NCBI GenBank assembly: GCA_000004985.1
Contig: GG738865.1
DNA length: 64,000 nt
Strand: one strand, 5' to 3'
Source of the DNA: Naegleria gruberi
Lineage: Eukaryota
Shown here piece after piece: positions 10,635 through 21,039 of this stretch. The position numbers and the translations under genes are program-made. Under the pieces are notes generated by a model. That model made no database searches, was not told where the DNA came from, and worked only from the letters and a program-made list of their open reading frames with translations. Position 1 is the stretch's first letter. The number at the start of each line of letters is the position of its first letter.

Positions 10635-10760
10635 GTACACGTGGTTCAAAAATTTCTATTCCATTCACTATATTTATCGAGAAAGAGTCCTCGGCTTTGG
10701 CCCTATTTTTTCTCAATTAAAAATGCATCGACGATTCCAAAAAGTACACGTGATTCAAAA
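10635..10760. promoter_or_regulatory. Duplicated 17-mer GTACACGTG(G/A)TTCAAAA (E-box/G-box CACGTG) at 10635..10651 and 10744..10760, upstream of gene at 11023
   Basis: 16/17 identical copies 109 bp apart, between tRNA-Gly and the downstream 3-exon gene. Confidence 0.35.
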
Positions 10761-11022
10761 CAGCATACAAGATTCGTCAGGCTTTGTTGATTGTTCTTAT
10801 CATAGGAAGGATTTAATGATACAAATATACGAGTGTAAACCATCTGAATATTTAACGATATACTTGGCAACATTACCAAGTCACACACAACAAAATCTCA
10901 AGAAAATGGTGAGTGGCAATAGAAAAACCTTTGGGTATGAGTCAAAAAATTTTGAAAAGAGAAAAAAATCGGTATCGATTTCATTCCCGTCGATGGTTTT
11001 TTATATTTAGACCTTAAAAAAT

Positions 11023-11939
11023 ATGCCTCCTAGAAACAATAATGATAAACCACACCGTCTTTATACGTTTAAAGACTGTACAGATCAAACAATAGAAAAG
11101 GCACTAAAATCTTATAGGCTTGCTGATTTGAAAAGGGCAAGACAACAACTTGCCCACAATTTACCAATGAACGTGCAAGCATTGCAACAACAACAACAAG
11201 CAGAACGGTCCAATATTTGCATCACGAATACCAATAATATTCGTAATGACGATGGAGTACAACATCGAAGAATTGAAGATATCACCCCTCTCTTCGACAC
11301 TCAACCAAGCAATCCTATTTCATCGGTTGTTGATTTTGGTGATCAACTAATTGGTAATCCAATACCTGGTGAGTATTATTTTTATATATCTTTTGATTGC
11401 TAACAAATGATGATCAATTCCATTATTAAATTACCACAGAGCAAGTAAATATTGATTTACTTAGTGATGATAGCACAACAGAAGGTGATGATGATTATTA
11501 CACATTATTGTTAGATGAAGAAGAATTGTTGTCGTCTCCACAAGATGATGATGATTATATTTACTATTATAATGATCAACAACAAGATGATGATAATGAT
11601 GAAGGTAAGTAATTAAATACTATATTAATATACAAATATATAATAATATAATTATGTAATTTTCACAAACCAATTTCATATAATACAGATTTGAAGAACA
11701 ATCTCGCAACCATTGATAATGCCAAACAATTTTCCAAGAGTAAGCTTCAGGAATTAATATTCCCTCAATTAGAACTCATCTTGAGAGTGTTGGAAATCGA
11801 CCCATCCGATATCGGAATGATGGGACTGCTTGGATTTCATGGAAGAAATGTGTTCTTGCCATCGAGTTGGGATTTCTTCTGTCTGAGTGATCAAACGAAG
11901 GCAAAGTTGCAAATAGTAAACGAACACATTCGTGTTTAA
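11023..11939 (+). CDS. Hypothetical acidic protein, 3 exons (11023..11368, 11440..11604, 11689..11939; introns GTGAGT..CACAG 71 nt and GTAAGT..ATACAG 84 nt)
   Basis: Phase-1 joins restore a single frame: ...GNPIPG-EQVNIDLLSDDSTTEGDDDYY...DDDNDE-DLKNNLATIDNAKQF...IVNEHIRV*. Poly-Q and acidic stretches. No family recognised. Confidence 0.55.
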
Positions 11940-12071
11940 AGTATTTTTTTTTGAATATGTTGAATTTGTTGTGAATATTAATGAAATGACCCATCTGAAA
12001 CACACTGAAAAACGATTAGGTTCAATGACAAAATTAGACAATTTCAATCACAAGGACAAAGCAAAATCATT

Positions 12072-12143
12072 CTCCCATGCCGGGAATTGAACCCGGACCT
12101 CCTGGGTGAAAGCCAGGTATCCTAGCCATTGGACTACACGGGA
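12072..12143 (-). tRNA. tRNA-Glu (anticodon TTC)
   Basis: Minus read TCCCGTG-TA-GTCC-AATGGCTA-GGAT-A-CCTGG-CTTTCAC-CCAGG-AGGT-CCGGG-TTCAATT-CCCGG-CATGGGA-G. Typical eukaryotic Glu tRNA. Confidence 0.85.
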
Positions 12144-12209
12144 ATCTTGTTCATAATAATAGTATTACAAATTTGATAATTCATAATCATAGAAACTTTA
12201 TTGTTTTTT

Positions 12210-12479
12210 TCAATGCTCCATCAAGTCAATAATCCTGTGTTTCAATGACTCCAAATCTCTCTCCACCTCAATCGAATCACAAAATTCCTTCTCATTCTTT
12301 GTTTCCAAGTAGCATTTAACCATCCGCATCTGTTCCGAGTAATATTCAACTCGTTTTTCAATTTTTTCCTTATCATCATCACGTTGATTATAAACATCAG
12401 TGCCATTATTTAAATAATTATTATTAATATTATTAAATTGATGATCATTGATCGGATTATTGGAAGAATTGCCCTCCAT
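12210..12479 (-). CDS. Hypothetical small protein (about 90 aa from first ATG, MEGNSS...), Asn-rich N-terminus and helical C-terminus
   Basis: ORF 12210..12554 in track begins at TTG. First ATG is at 12479. No recognisable domain. Sits in the 136-bp gap downstream of the kinase gene. Confidence 0.3.
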   Translation of the reverse strand: MEGNSSNNPINDHQFNNINNNYLNNGTDVYNQRDDDKEKIEKRVEYYSEQMRMVKCYLETKNEKEFCDSIEVERDLESLKHRIIDLMEH

Positions 12480-12690
12480 TACTTGTTGTTGTTTCACTTC
12501 CTTCAATAACAGAATTTCAATCCAACTCTCAATAAACAGAATTTTCTTCTCCAATAAAACTCCCTTTTACGATGGTTCATGGTATTGTATTGCAATTTCT
12601 TCTTTTTTATTTAGAGAGAAGAAAGCATCAAATCTAATTCCATAAGACATTTTTTTTTTGTAAACTTTATTGAAAGATTTACTTTCACTA

Positions 12691-15600
12691 TTATTGTAAT
12701 AGGGCTCCCAATAGACCAACTGTAACCAATTTGCTTAATCTAGCAGCTGCGAGTTTATACTTGAGTTCGAATGGTTTTCTTGAAAGAGCTGCTTTGAAAC
12801 TCTGGTAACTTTCGACATATTCTCCCAATTTCTCTTCACACAAACCTAAAGTATACAATAATTCGGCATTTGTGGGATCTTTCATGAGGAGAAGGGAGGT
12901 AACAAGCTTTCCCTCAGTCCATTCCTCATTTTGGATTAAGAGTTCAACTAATAGTGCAGAATTGGATTGATCACTTTTCAAGTTGAAGGCAATTCGAGCA
13001 TGATGGAGAGCCTTCACATACCTATCAGTAAGTTTATAGGCCATTGCTAAGTAATATTGACATAGTTCAGAATTAGAGTCAATATTATTGGCTCTTTCCA
13101 AATATGGAATGGCAGCTGTTGGATTCTTATGTTTGAGATAGATTATTCCCAACAATTCACAAGCTTCATGACAGAAGGCATTACACTCTCGCAAAATCTT
13201 TTCACACACTTCTTTGGAAGTTTTAGCATTTCCAATCTTTTCCTCACATCTAGCTTTCATAATCAGTGCCTTTTCACAGAGTGGATATTTACGAAGGGCC
13301 TTGTCTAAATGTTGAACGGCTTCTTGGAAATCATTGACTATCATGTTGATTCCAGCAGCTGCAAGATCAGCCTCAAATTTCTCATCCAAAATTTCCAATT
13401 TGGCAAATTTGTGATTTTTGTGAGATGAAGTGTTCTTTTTTTGGTAACAAGAATTGCAGAGATCATAATTTGGACAATCGAGGCACTTCCAACGAATTCC
13501 TGTAAAATCACTTTGTTTACATCCATCACAAATGATATTTTCATGTTTGATTCTTGAAGAAGTATTCGAATTGGAAAGTAAAGGTGGTGATTGGGTCAAT
13601 CTTGGTTCTTGTGGTGGGTTGTTTTGTTGAGGTTTTTGGGTAGTGGATTGTGGAGGATTCTTAATTCTCAAATAAGTTTCGAATGTAGTTGGTTGAACCA
13701 TCTTTCGAATATCTGATTCACTCAAAGATTGGGAACAAGTCATACACCTGATTACAGTGCTTGAATTCATCTTGGAGATGGAATCTTCCATGTAAAATTC
13801 TAAACAATCCCTACAGACTGAATTGTTACAGGAGCAATTACTGAAACCTTTCGAATAACAAGTCGAATCTTTGCACTTGTTGCATTTTGAACATTTTGTA
13901 GTATTGTCACAAATCTTTAAAACTTCTTCTGGAGTAATTCTATCTTTTGGTTCATACAAAACCATCTTTGTGATCAATTCAATCAATCGTTTCGAATACA
14001 CTCCAGTTCGATTCCTAATCTTTTCCTGAATTCTTTCGAATAGTTTCGTTTCTTCTCTATTCGTTTCTGCAATAGTTCCAATATCAGTACTCATATTTAA
14101 CGACAATATTCTAAATAGAGTAGTACCAAATGCAAACATATCACTCGCATACGAATAGTCCTTTGATCCTTGTGTCAATAATTCTGGAGCAATATATCCC
14201 AAAGTTCCTGAACAGTTGGTTTTTGTGTGTGTTCTCATATTTTCTAATTCTTTAGCCAAGCCAAAATCGCTCAACACATAAATTTTTCCTTCTGTTCCAT
14301 CTTTTTGGAGGAAATTCTCTGGCTTAATGTCTCGATGGACTACCTTATTTTGTTTAAGGTATTCTAAGGCGAGTGCACCTTGTTTGATGAATCTCCAGAC
14401 TTCAGTTTCGGGGAGCTGTGTTCCTTGGTTCATGAGTTTGAGTAAATCACCCAGGGGAAAGTATTCCATAACCATATATAGATATGTTGGATCATTGTTG
14501 ATACGGGCATATTCAATTTTGACTATATTGGGATGAGAAAGGGAATTAGCCCTCATGGCTTCTTGTAATGCTTGATTGAGTGTTGATTCATCACTTGATT
14601 TGCTAGAATTGAGAATAACCTTTACAACTTTAGTTTTTCCATTATCAGAAACTTTGAATACGAACGAAAATCCTCCTTCTCCCAAACAAGCTACATTTTG
14701 AAACTTTTGCTGTAAACTCCTCTCAACAATACTACAAAACTCTTCTTCACTAACTTTCAACTGAGCTTTCTTTGCTTCTGGATGGACTAAACCATCAGAA
14801 ACACCATTTTTGGAAAAACTTGGCCTAAACTGAGCTCCAACATTAATAGAACTTCTGGCTCCTGTGACAATGGCTCTCATCCTTCTCTTACCAGATTCAA
14901 CCGTATTTAAATACTTGAACATTAAGCCAACACTATCATCATCTGAAATCTTATACCAAGCTCCATCTTCCAAATATTTCAAATCAAAATTGTCGCATTT
15001 GATCTTTGATTTGATTCGTTTGGTGAGATCAGAGAAGGTATCCAATTCTTTGAGAAATATTTTGTGGATATTTTCCTCTTTGGTGGATGATTGGGAAGAG
15101 AGAGTTTCCTCTAAAATAATGTTTAGTTCTGTGCCTTGAGTGGATGAAGTGCTACTTGGCAATGAAGTGCTGGATGTTGAGTTTTGACTGATAGAGATGG
15201 AAGAAATACTGCTTCTAGAAGATGATTTCTCAATGGCATGAATAATTCTATTGGACTTGTCCAGAGTTTCGTAAAATTCCATCATTGATTCGAATGATAC
15301 CTTGTTGAGGGTAAGTTTATCCTCCAATTCGAAATAGCTAATTTCAAACTCAGCATTTGGTAATTCTGCATACTTTCTAACCAATTTCATCAAATCTTCA
15401 TAACCTTCACCTGATTTCAAACTTGATGAAAATTTCAACAAATTTTCATTTGATTTCAATTGAATTTCAAGTTTGAATTCAAACTTTTTAGGTTGTAAAT
15501 CCATTTGAAAGGAGGCACTTGTAGTGAATGATCCAATTCTTGAAAATGAATTCATTGATTGTGTAGGAGAAATCAGTTTCGGCACTTCTTTCGGATAGGA

Positions 15601-15930
15601 TGAAGAATCGAAAGTGGAAGATTTTGCAATCGTTGTTGTAATGTACAAATAGTTTTTGGTGGTGCTATTGGAGAATCTGGTTACCAGTGAAGGGAGATCA
15701 TTGTTGGTAAGAAGTTTTCGTTCTAAATCGTCGTGGAATTTAATTTCGACTAGACTTTCGTTTGCAATTTCGAATACTGCTCTTGCTTTTTGTTGGATTT
15801 GAGAAATACTTTGGAAAAAGGAGTTGTCGACCTGAAGTTCTACTTCCCTCTTTTCGAGTTTGAGAATTACAGGTATTGTCATGTTGTTTTTTTTGAATTG
15901 AGAAGAATTTGAAAAAGTTTCGAACAGCAT
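12691..15930 (-). CDS. Ser/Thr protein kinase, multidomain: three PB1/ubiquitin-like N-terminal modules, kinase domain, Cys-rich B-box-like region, ZZ zinc finger, C-terminal TPR repeats (1079 aa)
   Basis: Kinase motifs GEGGFSFVFKV, VVKVIL, HPNIVKI, HRDIKPENFL, DFGLAKEL, GTLGYIAPELL. ZZ finger ICDGCKQSDFTGIRWKCLDCPNYDLCNSCYQKKNTSSHKNHKF. PB1-like FDLKYLEDGAWYKISDDDSVGLMFKY. TPR-like helical repeats at the C-terminus. Confidence 0.85.
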   Translation of the reverse strand: MLFETFSNSSQFKKNNMTIPVILKLEKREVELQVDNSFFQSISQIQQKARAVFEIANESLVEIKFHDDLERKLLTNNDLPSLVTRFSNSTTKNYLYITTTIAKSSTFDSSSYPKEVPKLISPTQSMNSFSRIGSFTTSASFQMDLQPKKFEFKLEIQLKSNENLLKFSSSLKSGEGYEDLMKLVRKYAELPNAEFEISYFELEDKLTLNKVSFESMMEFYETLDKSNRIIHAIEKSSSRSSISSISISQNSTSSTSLPSSTSSTQGTELNIILEETLSSQSSTKEENIHKIFLKELDTFSDLTKRIKSKIKCDNFDLKYLEDGAWYKISDDDSVGLMFKYLNTVESGKRRMRAIVTGARSSINVGAQFRPSFSKNGVSDGLVHPEAKKAQLKVSEEEFCSIVERSLQQKFQNVACLGEGGFSFVFKVSDNGKTKVVKVILNSSKSSDESTLNQALQEAMRANSLSHPNIVKIEYARINNDPTYLYMVMEYFPLGDLLKLMNQGTQLPETEVWRFIKQGALALEYLKQNKVVHRDIKPENFLQKDGTEGKIYVLSDFGLAKELENMRTHTKTNCSGTLGYIAPELLTQGSKDYSYASDMFAFGTTLFRILSLNMSTDIGTIAETNREETKLFERIQEKIRNRTGVYSKRLIELITKMVLYEPKDRITPEEVLKICDNTTKCSKCNKCKDSTCYSKGFSNCSCNNSVCRDCLEFYMEDSISKMNSSTVIRCMTCSQSLSESDIRKMVQPTTFETYLRIKNPPQSTTQKPQQNNPPQEPRLTQSPPLLSNSNTSSRIKHENIICDGCKQSDFTGIRWKCLDCPNYDLCNSCYQKKNTSSHKNHKFAKLEILDEKFEADLAAAGINMIVNDFQEAVQHLDKALRKYPLCEKALIMKARCEEKIGNAKTSKEVCEKILRECNAFCHEACELLGIIYLKHKNPTAAIPYLERANNIDSNSELCQYYLAMAYKLTDRYVKALHHARIAFNLKSDQSNSALLVELLIQNEEWTEGKLVTSLLLMKDPTNAELLYTLGLCEEKLGEYVESYQSFKAALSRKPFELKYKLAAARLSKLVTVGLLGALLQ

Positions 15931-15965
15931 TTATTTGAGTGAAAAGGTTAATAATAGACAATCTC

Positions 15966-16025
15966 AAACGTGAAACGTGATCACGCTCTTCTGTAAGATA
16001 TTTTATTGACAAACAAAACGTGATC
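15966..16025. promoter_or_regulatory. ACGTG-core repeats (AAACGTGAAACGTGATCACG and AAAACGTGATC) in the 155-bp spacer between the tandem kinase genes
   Basis: Three ACGTGA copies within 60 bp, immediately upstream of the ATG of kinase 12691..15930. Confidence 0.25.
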
Positions 16026-16085
16026 TTCTTAAAATGGTTTATGTTGATATTTACAAAAATTTTATTCAATAATTATTCGAATCAT

Positions 16086-18098
16086 TTAAGGTTGAATGGA
16101 TCTCAATGCTTCTACAATAAATTCATCATCATTTGGTAATTTATCCAAAGCTCTCTCAAGTAATTTTCTCGATTCGTCCAATTCATTCAATTTTTTCATA
16201 TAAATTCCATGAGCAAATAAGGCAATTCCTTCATCAGTCCATGAGTAGATATTTAGAGGTGAAGATAATTGTTGTAAGACTTGAACAATTGCATCGATAG
16301 CTTCTATATTTCTTTTCAAGGAATATGACTTTGAAAGTAAAGCAACACTTCTTTCGAATAGATTAGTTTTCAAGGCACATAGTCCAGCAAGGTAGAAAGT
16401 TTTGTAATTCTCCTTTGAAAGAGCTTTTTCATATAAAGAATAGGCATTCTCGTACTTTCTAATATTAAAATAGCAATAGGCGAACCTTTCATAGAATTTG
16501 ACATCTAGTCTTGATTTCCATTCTTTAACAGAATATGCCTTACTGAAATATTCGATTGCCTTCTCATAATTTTTCAAGTAAAAGCAACAATTGGCTGCTT
16601 TCGTAAGAATTGTTAAACTTGCACTGGATCTTTTAAGATATTGATCACAAAATTTGAGAGCAATCTCATAATTTCCATTCTCATAATTTTTAGAAGCATT
16701 TTGCAAAACCTCATTAATTGGACTGAGTTTCAGAGTAATCACTCTTTGCTTTGGATCTTTTGATAGGAGGGAAGTGATCATTTGATAACATTCTGAATCA
16801 TTGGTTACGATTTCTTGATTATGAGTCAAGTTAAAGTCATTGTGCCCTAATTTCTTTTCAATTAGTTTAACCAATTCATCGTATTTAGGATAGAATGGTA
16901 ATTCGATACGATATGCTTCACCATCTGCTTGTAAAGTGAAAAGTTGCTTTTTGGTATTTAAATAGTCATTGGTCAACTGAAGCAACACATTGAGAGACAT
17001 TCTTTGAGCTGGATCTTTTTTAATCATTCCAAGAATGAGTTGACTAACAAATGGTGAAATACTCAACTCAACCAAATGTCTTTCAACTTGTTCAGGTTTC
17101 TCACATAGAATTTCTCCAGTTGCCCCGAACCTTCCAATCATTAAATAATACAATGTAATTCCCAAACTAAAGATATCACTTTGAATTGAGAAATTCTTAC
17201 AATCTTCAACAACTTCTGGTGCCAAATATCTTACAGTTCCTTCCATTTCAATATTGACTTGTCTATTGAATTTGGAAGAGGTAAAGGCACTTCCAAAATC
17301 ACTCAACACAACATGGATGCTATCATCTGAAATTGACTTGACAAGTATATTATCTGGTTTCACATCTCTATGACAAACCTTTCTATCAACACAAGCCTGA
17401 AATGCCTGGCTAACTTGATTAATAATCATCACAGCAATGTGCTCTGTAATATTTCTCAATTTTTTCTTACCATCATCGTCCAAGAAGAAGTTTTTCAAAG
17501 TTCCAAGCATTCTCTCCATTTCATAGCACACCACAGATTTGAAATAGCTAACATTATTTAGTGTGAAAAAGTTACCTGCCTCAACAATATGTGGATGATT
17601 CATTGAGAGAGTAGTTTTCACTTCATTCAATAGATCATTTCCATTATCGTCAATTAGAACTTTGACAGCAATTGGTATTGAATTTTCAATTGGAGGAAGA
17701 CCAAACACAAAACCAAAACCACCCTTACCTAGCAAGGAAATAGAGTTCTGGTCAACATTGTACTTTTCGGCTAGTTTCTTCTTTAATTTTTCTGCCTTTT
17801 CCTTGCTTGAAATGGAAGGACGAAACGATTTGTAACAAATCAATTTGTGTTCAATCTTTGCACTCCCTCTAAACTTGGTGATCATGGTTTCGACATCAAT
17901 ATCTTTCGACAAGCAGAATTCCTCCGAATCGAATTTGTATTTTAGAGAACGATTCTCGAGTGAAATGGTTTTTGATACAATTTTCTTCAATTCCTTGATT
18001 GTTCGAGTGTTTGTTGAAATCTCAACGACCAACAGGCGTTCTACTGTGTTTTCTTCCACAATAATCACCTGGACATTCTTATTGAATAGATTAAACAT
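16086..18098 (-). CDS. Ser/Thr protein kinase paralog: PB1-like N-terminus, kinase domain, C-terminal TPR repeats (about 671 aa from first ATG)
   Basis: GKGGFGFVFG, IAVKVL, HPHIVEA, HRDVKPDNILV, DFGSAFT, GTVRYLAPEVV. TPR-like C-terminus (YEKAIEYFSKAY...). Track start at 18176 is a GTG. First ATG is at 18098 (MFNLFNK). Confidence 0.85.
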   Translation of the reverse strand: MFNLFNKNVQVIIVEENTVERLLVVEISTNTRTIKELKKIVSKTISLENRSLKYKFDSEEFCLSKDIDVETMITKFRGSAKIEHKLICYKSFRPSISSKEKAEKLKKKLAEKYNVDQNSISLLGKGGFGFVFGLPPIENSIPIAVKVLIDDNGNDLLNEVKTTLSMNHPHIVEAGNFFTLNNVSYFKSVVCYEMERMLGTLKNFFLDDDGKKKLRNITEHIAVMIINQVSQAFQACVDRKVCHRDVKPDNILVKSISDDSIHVVLSDFGSAFTSSKFNRQVNIEMEGTVRYLAPEVVEDCKNFSIQSDIFSLGITLYYLMIGRFGATGEILCEKPEQVERHLVELSISPFVSQLILGMIKKDPAQRMSLNVLLQLTNDYLNTKKQLFTLQADGEAYRIELPFYPKYDELVKLIEKKLGHNDFNLTHNQEIVTNDSECYQMITSLLSKDPKQRVITLKLSPINEVLQNASKNYENGNYEIALKFCDQYLKRSSASLTILTKAANCCFYLKNYEKAIEYFSKAYSVKEWKSRLDVKFYERFAYCYFNIRKYENAYSLYEKALSKENYKTFYLAGLCALKTNLFERSVALLSKSYSLKRNIEAIDAIVQVLQQLSSPLNIYSWTDEGIALFAHGIYMKKLNELDESRKLLERALDKLPNDDEFIVEALRSIQP

Positions 18099-18283
18099 TT
18101 TTTTATTCGAAAGTGGCTCTCTGTCACGTTTCGAATACTTCACCACAGGCAATAATCTCTTTAATTCTTTGATCACGTTTCAGATATTTTTAAACCAATT
18201 TGTCCCTCCAATCAACCTTTTTCACAAAGTTTACAAATCTTTAACTTTTCTGATAATTATTACAAAATTAATGGAAAAAAAAA

Positions 18284-21011
18284 ATGTCGCTGATCGTTCG
18301 GTTCGTTCGTCCTCGATTATTCTTCCTGCACGAGAACTTTAAAAACAAACGAATCACATGTAGTGCCGATTTACATCACTTTCATAAAAACATCAAAATT
18401 TTGATAGAATCCAAGCTTTCCGAAGATGAAATTAAACATCATAAAGGGATGAGTAGAGTCAAGCAGAGGCTGGAATATTACGGATTTGATGCTAGTTATT
18501 TTATAGGAGAGGAGGGATTATTTTCCGGAAAGATTCATCACGATAAGGAAATTAGTGATGAGAATTTATGTATCGAGCTGATGATTTTAATTTATCATTA
18601 TTTGATGTGTTGTTTGGAGGAGGCAAAGAGAGAATTTGGTTATGAGGCATTTCATCCATACTTTTGTTATTTGGAGGAGAAGATATTCCCTGGTTTTTTT
18701 GATTGTGCAAAACGAGTGGCAGAAAGATCAAATGTTGGACAAGATATGGAAGCATTCGAAACTGGAGTGGAAAGTTTGGAAAATTGGCAACAATTTATTT
18801 TACAATTATATGTTCAATTACAATGTGGGATAACTACATCTAGATCTATTACTGAATTTGGAGAGAATGGATGTTCTGTAAATTCTTGTTTTCTCTTTTT
18901 CACATTGTTGAAATACTTTCTGGAAAAGAAGGAAAAATTCTTGAAAGAGAACAAACAACAGGTTTGGGAATTACCAATGGAGAAGGAAATTTTATTCAAA
19001 GTTTTTGAATATTGGTCTCGTTACATCACTTTTTGTGAGTGAGAAAAGAGAATTTGGTGATAAAGCTCTCAATAGTCTAGCGTCCTTTTACAGATACCAT
19101 TTTGGATATATGATACCATTATTCACAAAGTACATGTATAGTTTTACAGAGGAACACTTCACAGATGATATTCCAAGCGAGCCCTTATCAATACTGATAA
19201 GTCTAATGCCACATTCGAAGCAATCTTGGAAAATTTATAGAAATTTAATTGAAGCTGATCATTTAGAAGTGAAAAATCTGGATTCTGTGGCAATCATTTC
19301 AGAGGAACAATCTCAAAGAAATTGTTTCAAGTATGTTTGGAGGGTCAAACAAAAAATATTACATAATGTTGCTTCGATATTGGATACCGAGTTTGAAGAA
19401 TATGTATTCCAATATTCTGTGGGTACAAAATTAATTAGTAATTACAAAGATTTGCTTTTTCAATGCTTAAAAGAAAGTGGAAGTGGACCTCTTGGAAAGT
19501 TAAGCGAGACAGCTATTTCTGCTTCATTAGCGTTTATCAATGTTATTAATGACACAGGTCAGTTTAAGGAGGTGTCAAATGAAATATTGCAAGTTTGGAA
19601 AAGTTTTCTTTTTTCAAATGATTATGCATTAAGGAATTCAGCAATGATTATGTTATGTCTTTACTTCCGAAACAATTATCACTGTCCTGATGATTTGGCA
19701 GAGGCAATTATCAATTCTTATGAAAATTACAAAATCAATATTGTAGACTATTCTGTAATGTTACAAGAATTTGTAAGAATTTTGAAGCAAAATATGAACA
19801 CAAGTATTAATCAATCAATGTTGGAAAAGTTGCGAGAAATGGTTAATAATTTATTCGACACTATTGTTGTTAGAGATTCTCTTGAATATTTGAAAGATGT
19901 CAATGAATATTATCAAACAAGCCCAAGCCATCCAGAGTATGTCAATGAAGGAGAAAAAGAAAAGATACATAGCAAAAACGTAACGGCATGCTTTAGAATA
20001 GTTGAATCTACTTACTCTCTTCTTAGAGATACTAATCTGTTGTTAACGGAGAATTTTCTCTCCATTATTAAGAAAAAAACAGAAACTATTTTGGAAAATA
20101 ATTCTTTCAAAGAGGACAATTTATTGATATTATCACTTATTGATTGTATCACTGAAATAGTTAGATACACTAATAGAAGCCATCTATTAAGAGTTTTTGG
20201 AAATCTTGATTATTATCCATTTTTAACTAAATTAATTCGTAGCACAATTACAGACCCAGATTTCATGGAAACAGGAATAATGCTAGTTGGATTTTTGAGT
20301 GATACCGACGTATTATGGGATCAATGTCCTTTTGATGAAAATGAAACTCCTCAAGTAGAAAATAACTTGGTGTATGATTTTATCCTTCCAATAATTACCA
20401 ACCAAATAGAGAATTGTTTCTATTTTCTTACTGGACTCGAAGTAATGAGGCATACTGATGAACAGCATATTGAACAGTATCAGAAATGGTTTTGGGTTAT
20501 GGGAAGGATAATATTTAATGACATTTTTCGAAATGGAGGAGAGAAGTCACTTTCTCAATATGACAATGTAGCAGAAACCATATTTCATATTTTAGTAATG
20601 TTAGGTGGTAAAATATGTACCGGTTTAATAGAGTCAATTATGGTGACTCTCTTGATTATCAGCAGCAAAAGAATGGAAGTACTAGCTCCAAAACTTGCCC
20701 TTTTCCTTGATAACATTTTCAGTGTTATTGTTTTGCCAACTCTTGATAGACAAGGATACACTGTGTTTTTCTCTCGTGTTTTGGAGTTATTGGACTATCT
20801 GATGGACAATGAAATAATATCTATTGGACCAAGAGAGATGAGTTTGACAACAAACCTACCAGAGATTTACAATTCCTTTTCTATATATTTGAAACTTAAA
20901 GCTGAGAGGGTTTTATTAAAAATGGCTTCACTATTTGAAATGAATGATTCAGATGATGATACAGAAGAGGAATCAGAGCATGAGTCAGAACATGACAATA
21001 CATCTGAATAA
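18284..21011 (+). CDS. Large alpha-helical hypothetical protein (about 897 aa), likely 2 exons (18284..19038, 19076..21011) joined by a 37-nt micro-intron GTGAGA...AATAG; acidic C-terminal tail
   Basis: Two track ORFs overlap by 38 bp in different frames. A phase-2 donor TGTGA|GTGAGA and acceptor AATAG|T reconstitute the frame (...ITFCD-LASFYRYHFGYM...). No family recognised. Confidence 0.5.
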
Positions 21012-21039
21012 TTTCTAGATCTTTATATTACACATTAAT

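Noticed and set aside
10723-11010. 95-aa ORF upstream of the 3-exon acidic gene
   Set aside because: It lies in a promoter spacer containing the duplicated E-box 17-mer. It has an odd composition and no start context. Likely non-coding.
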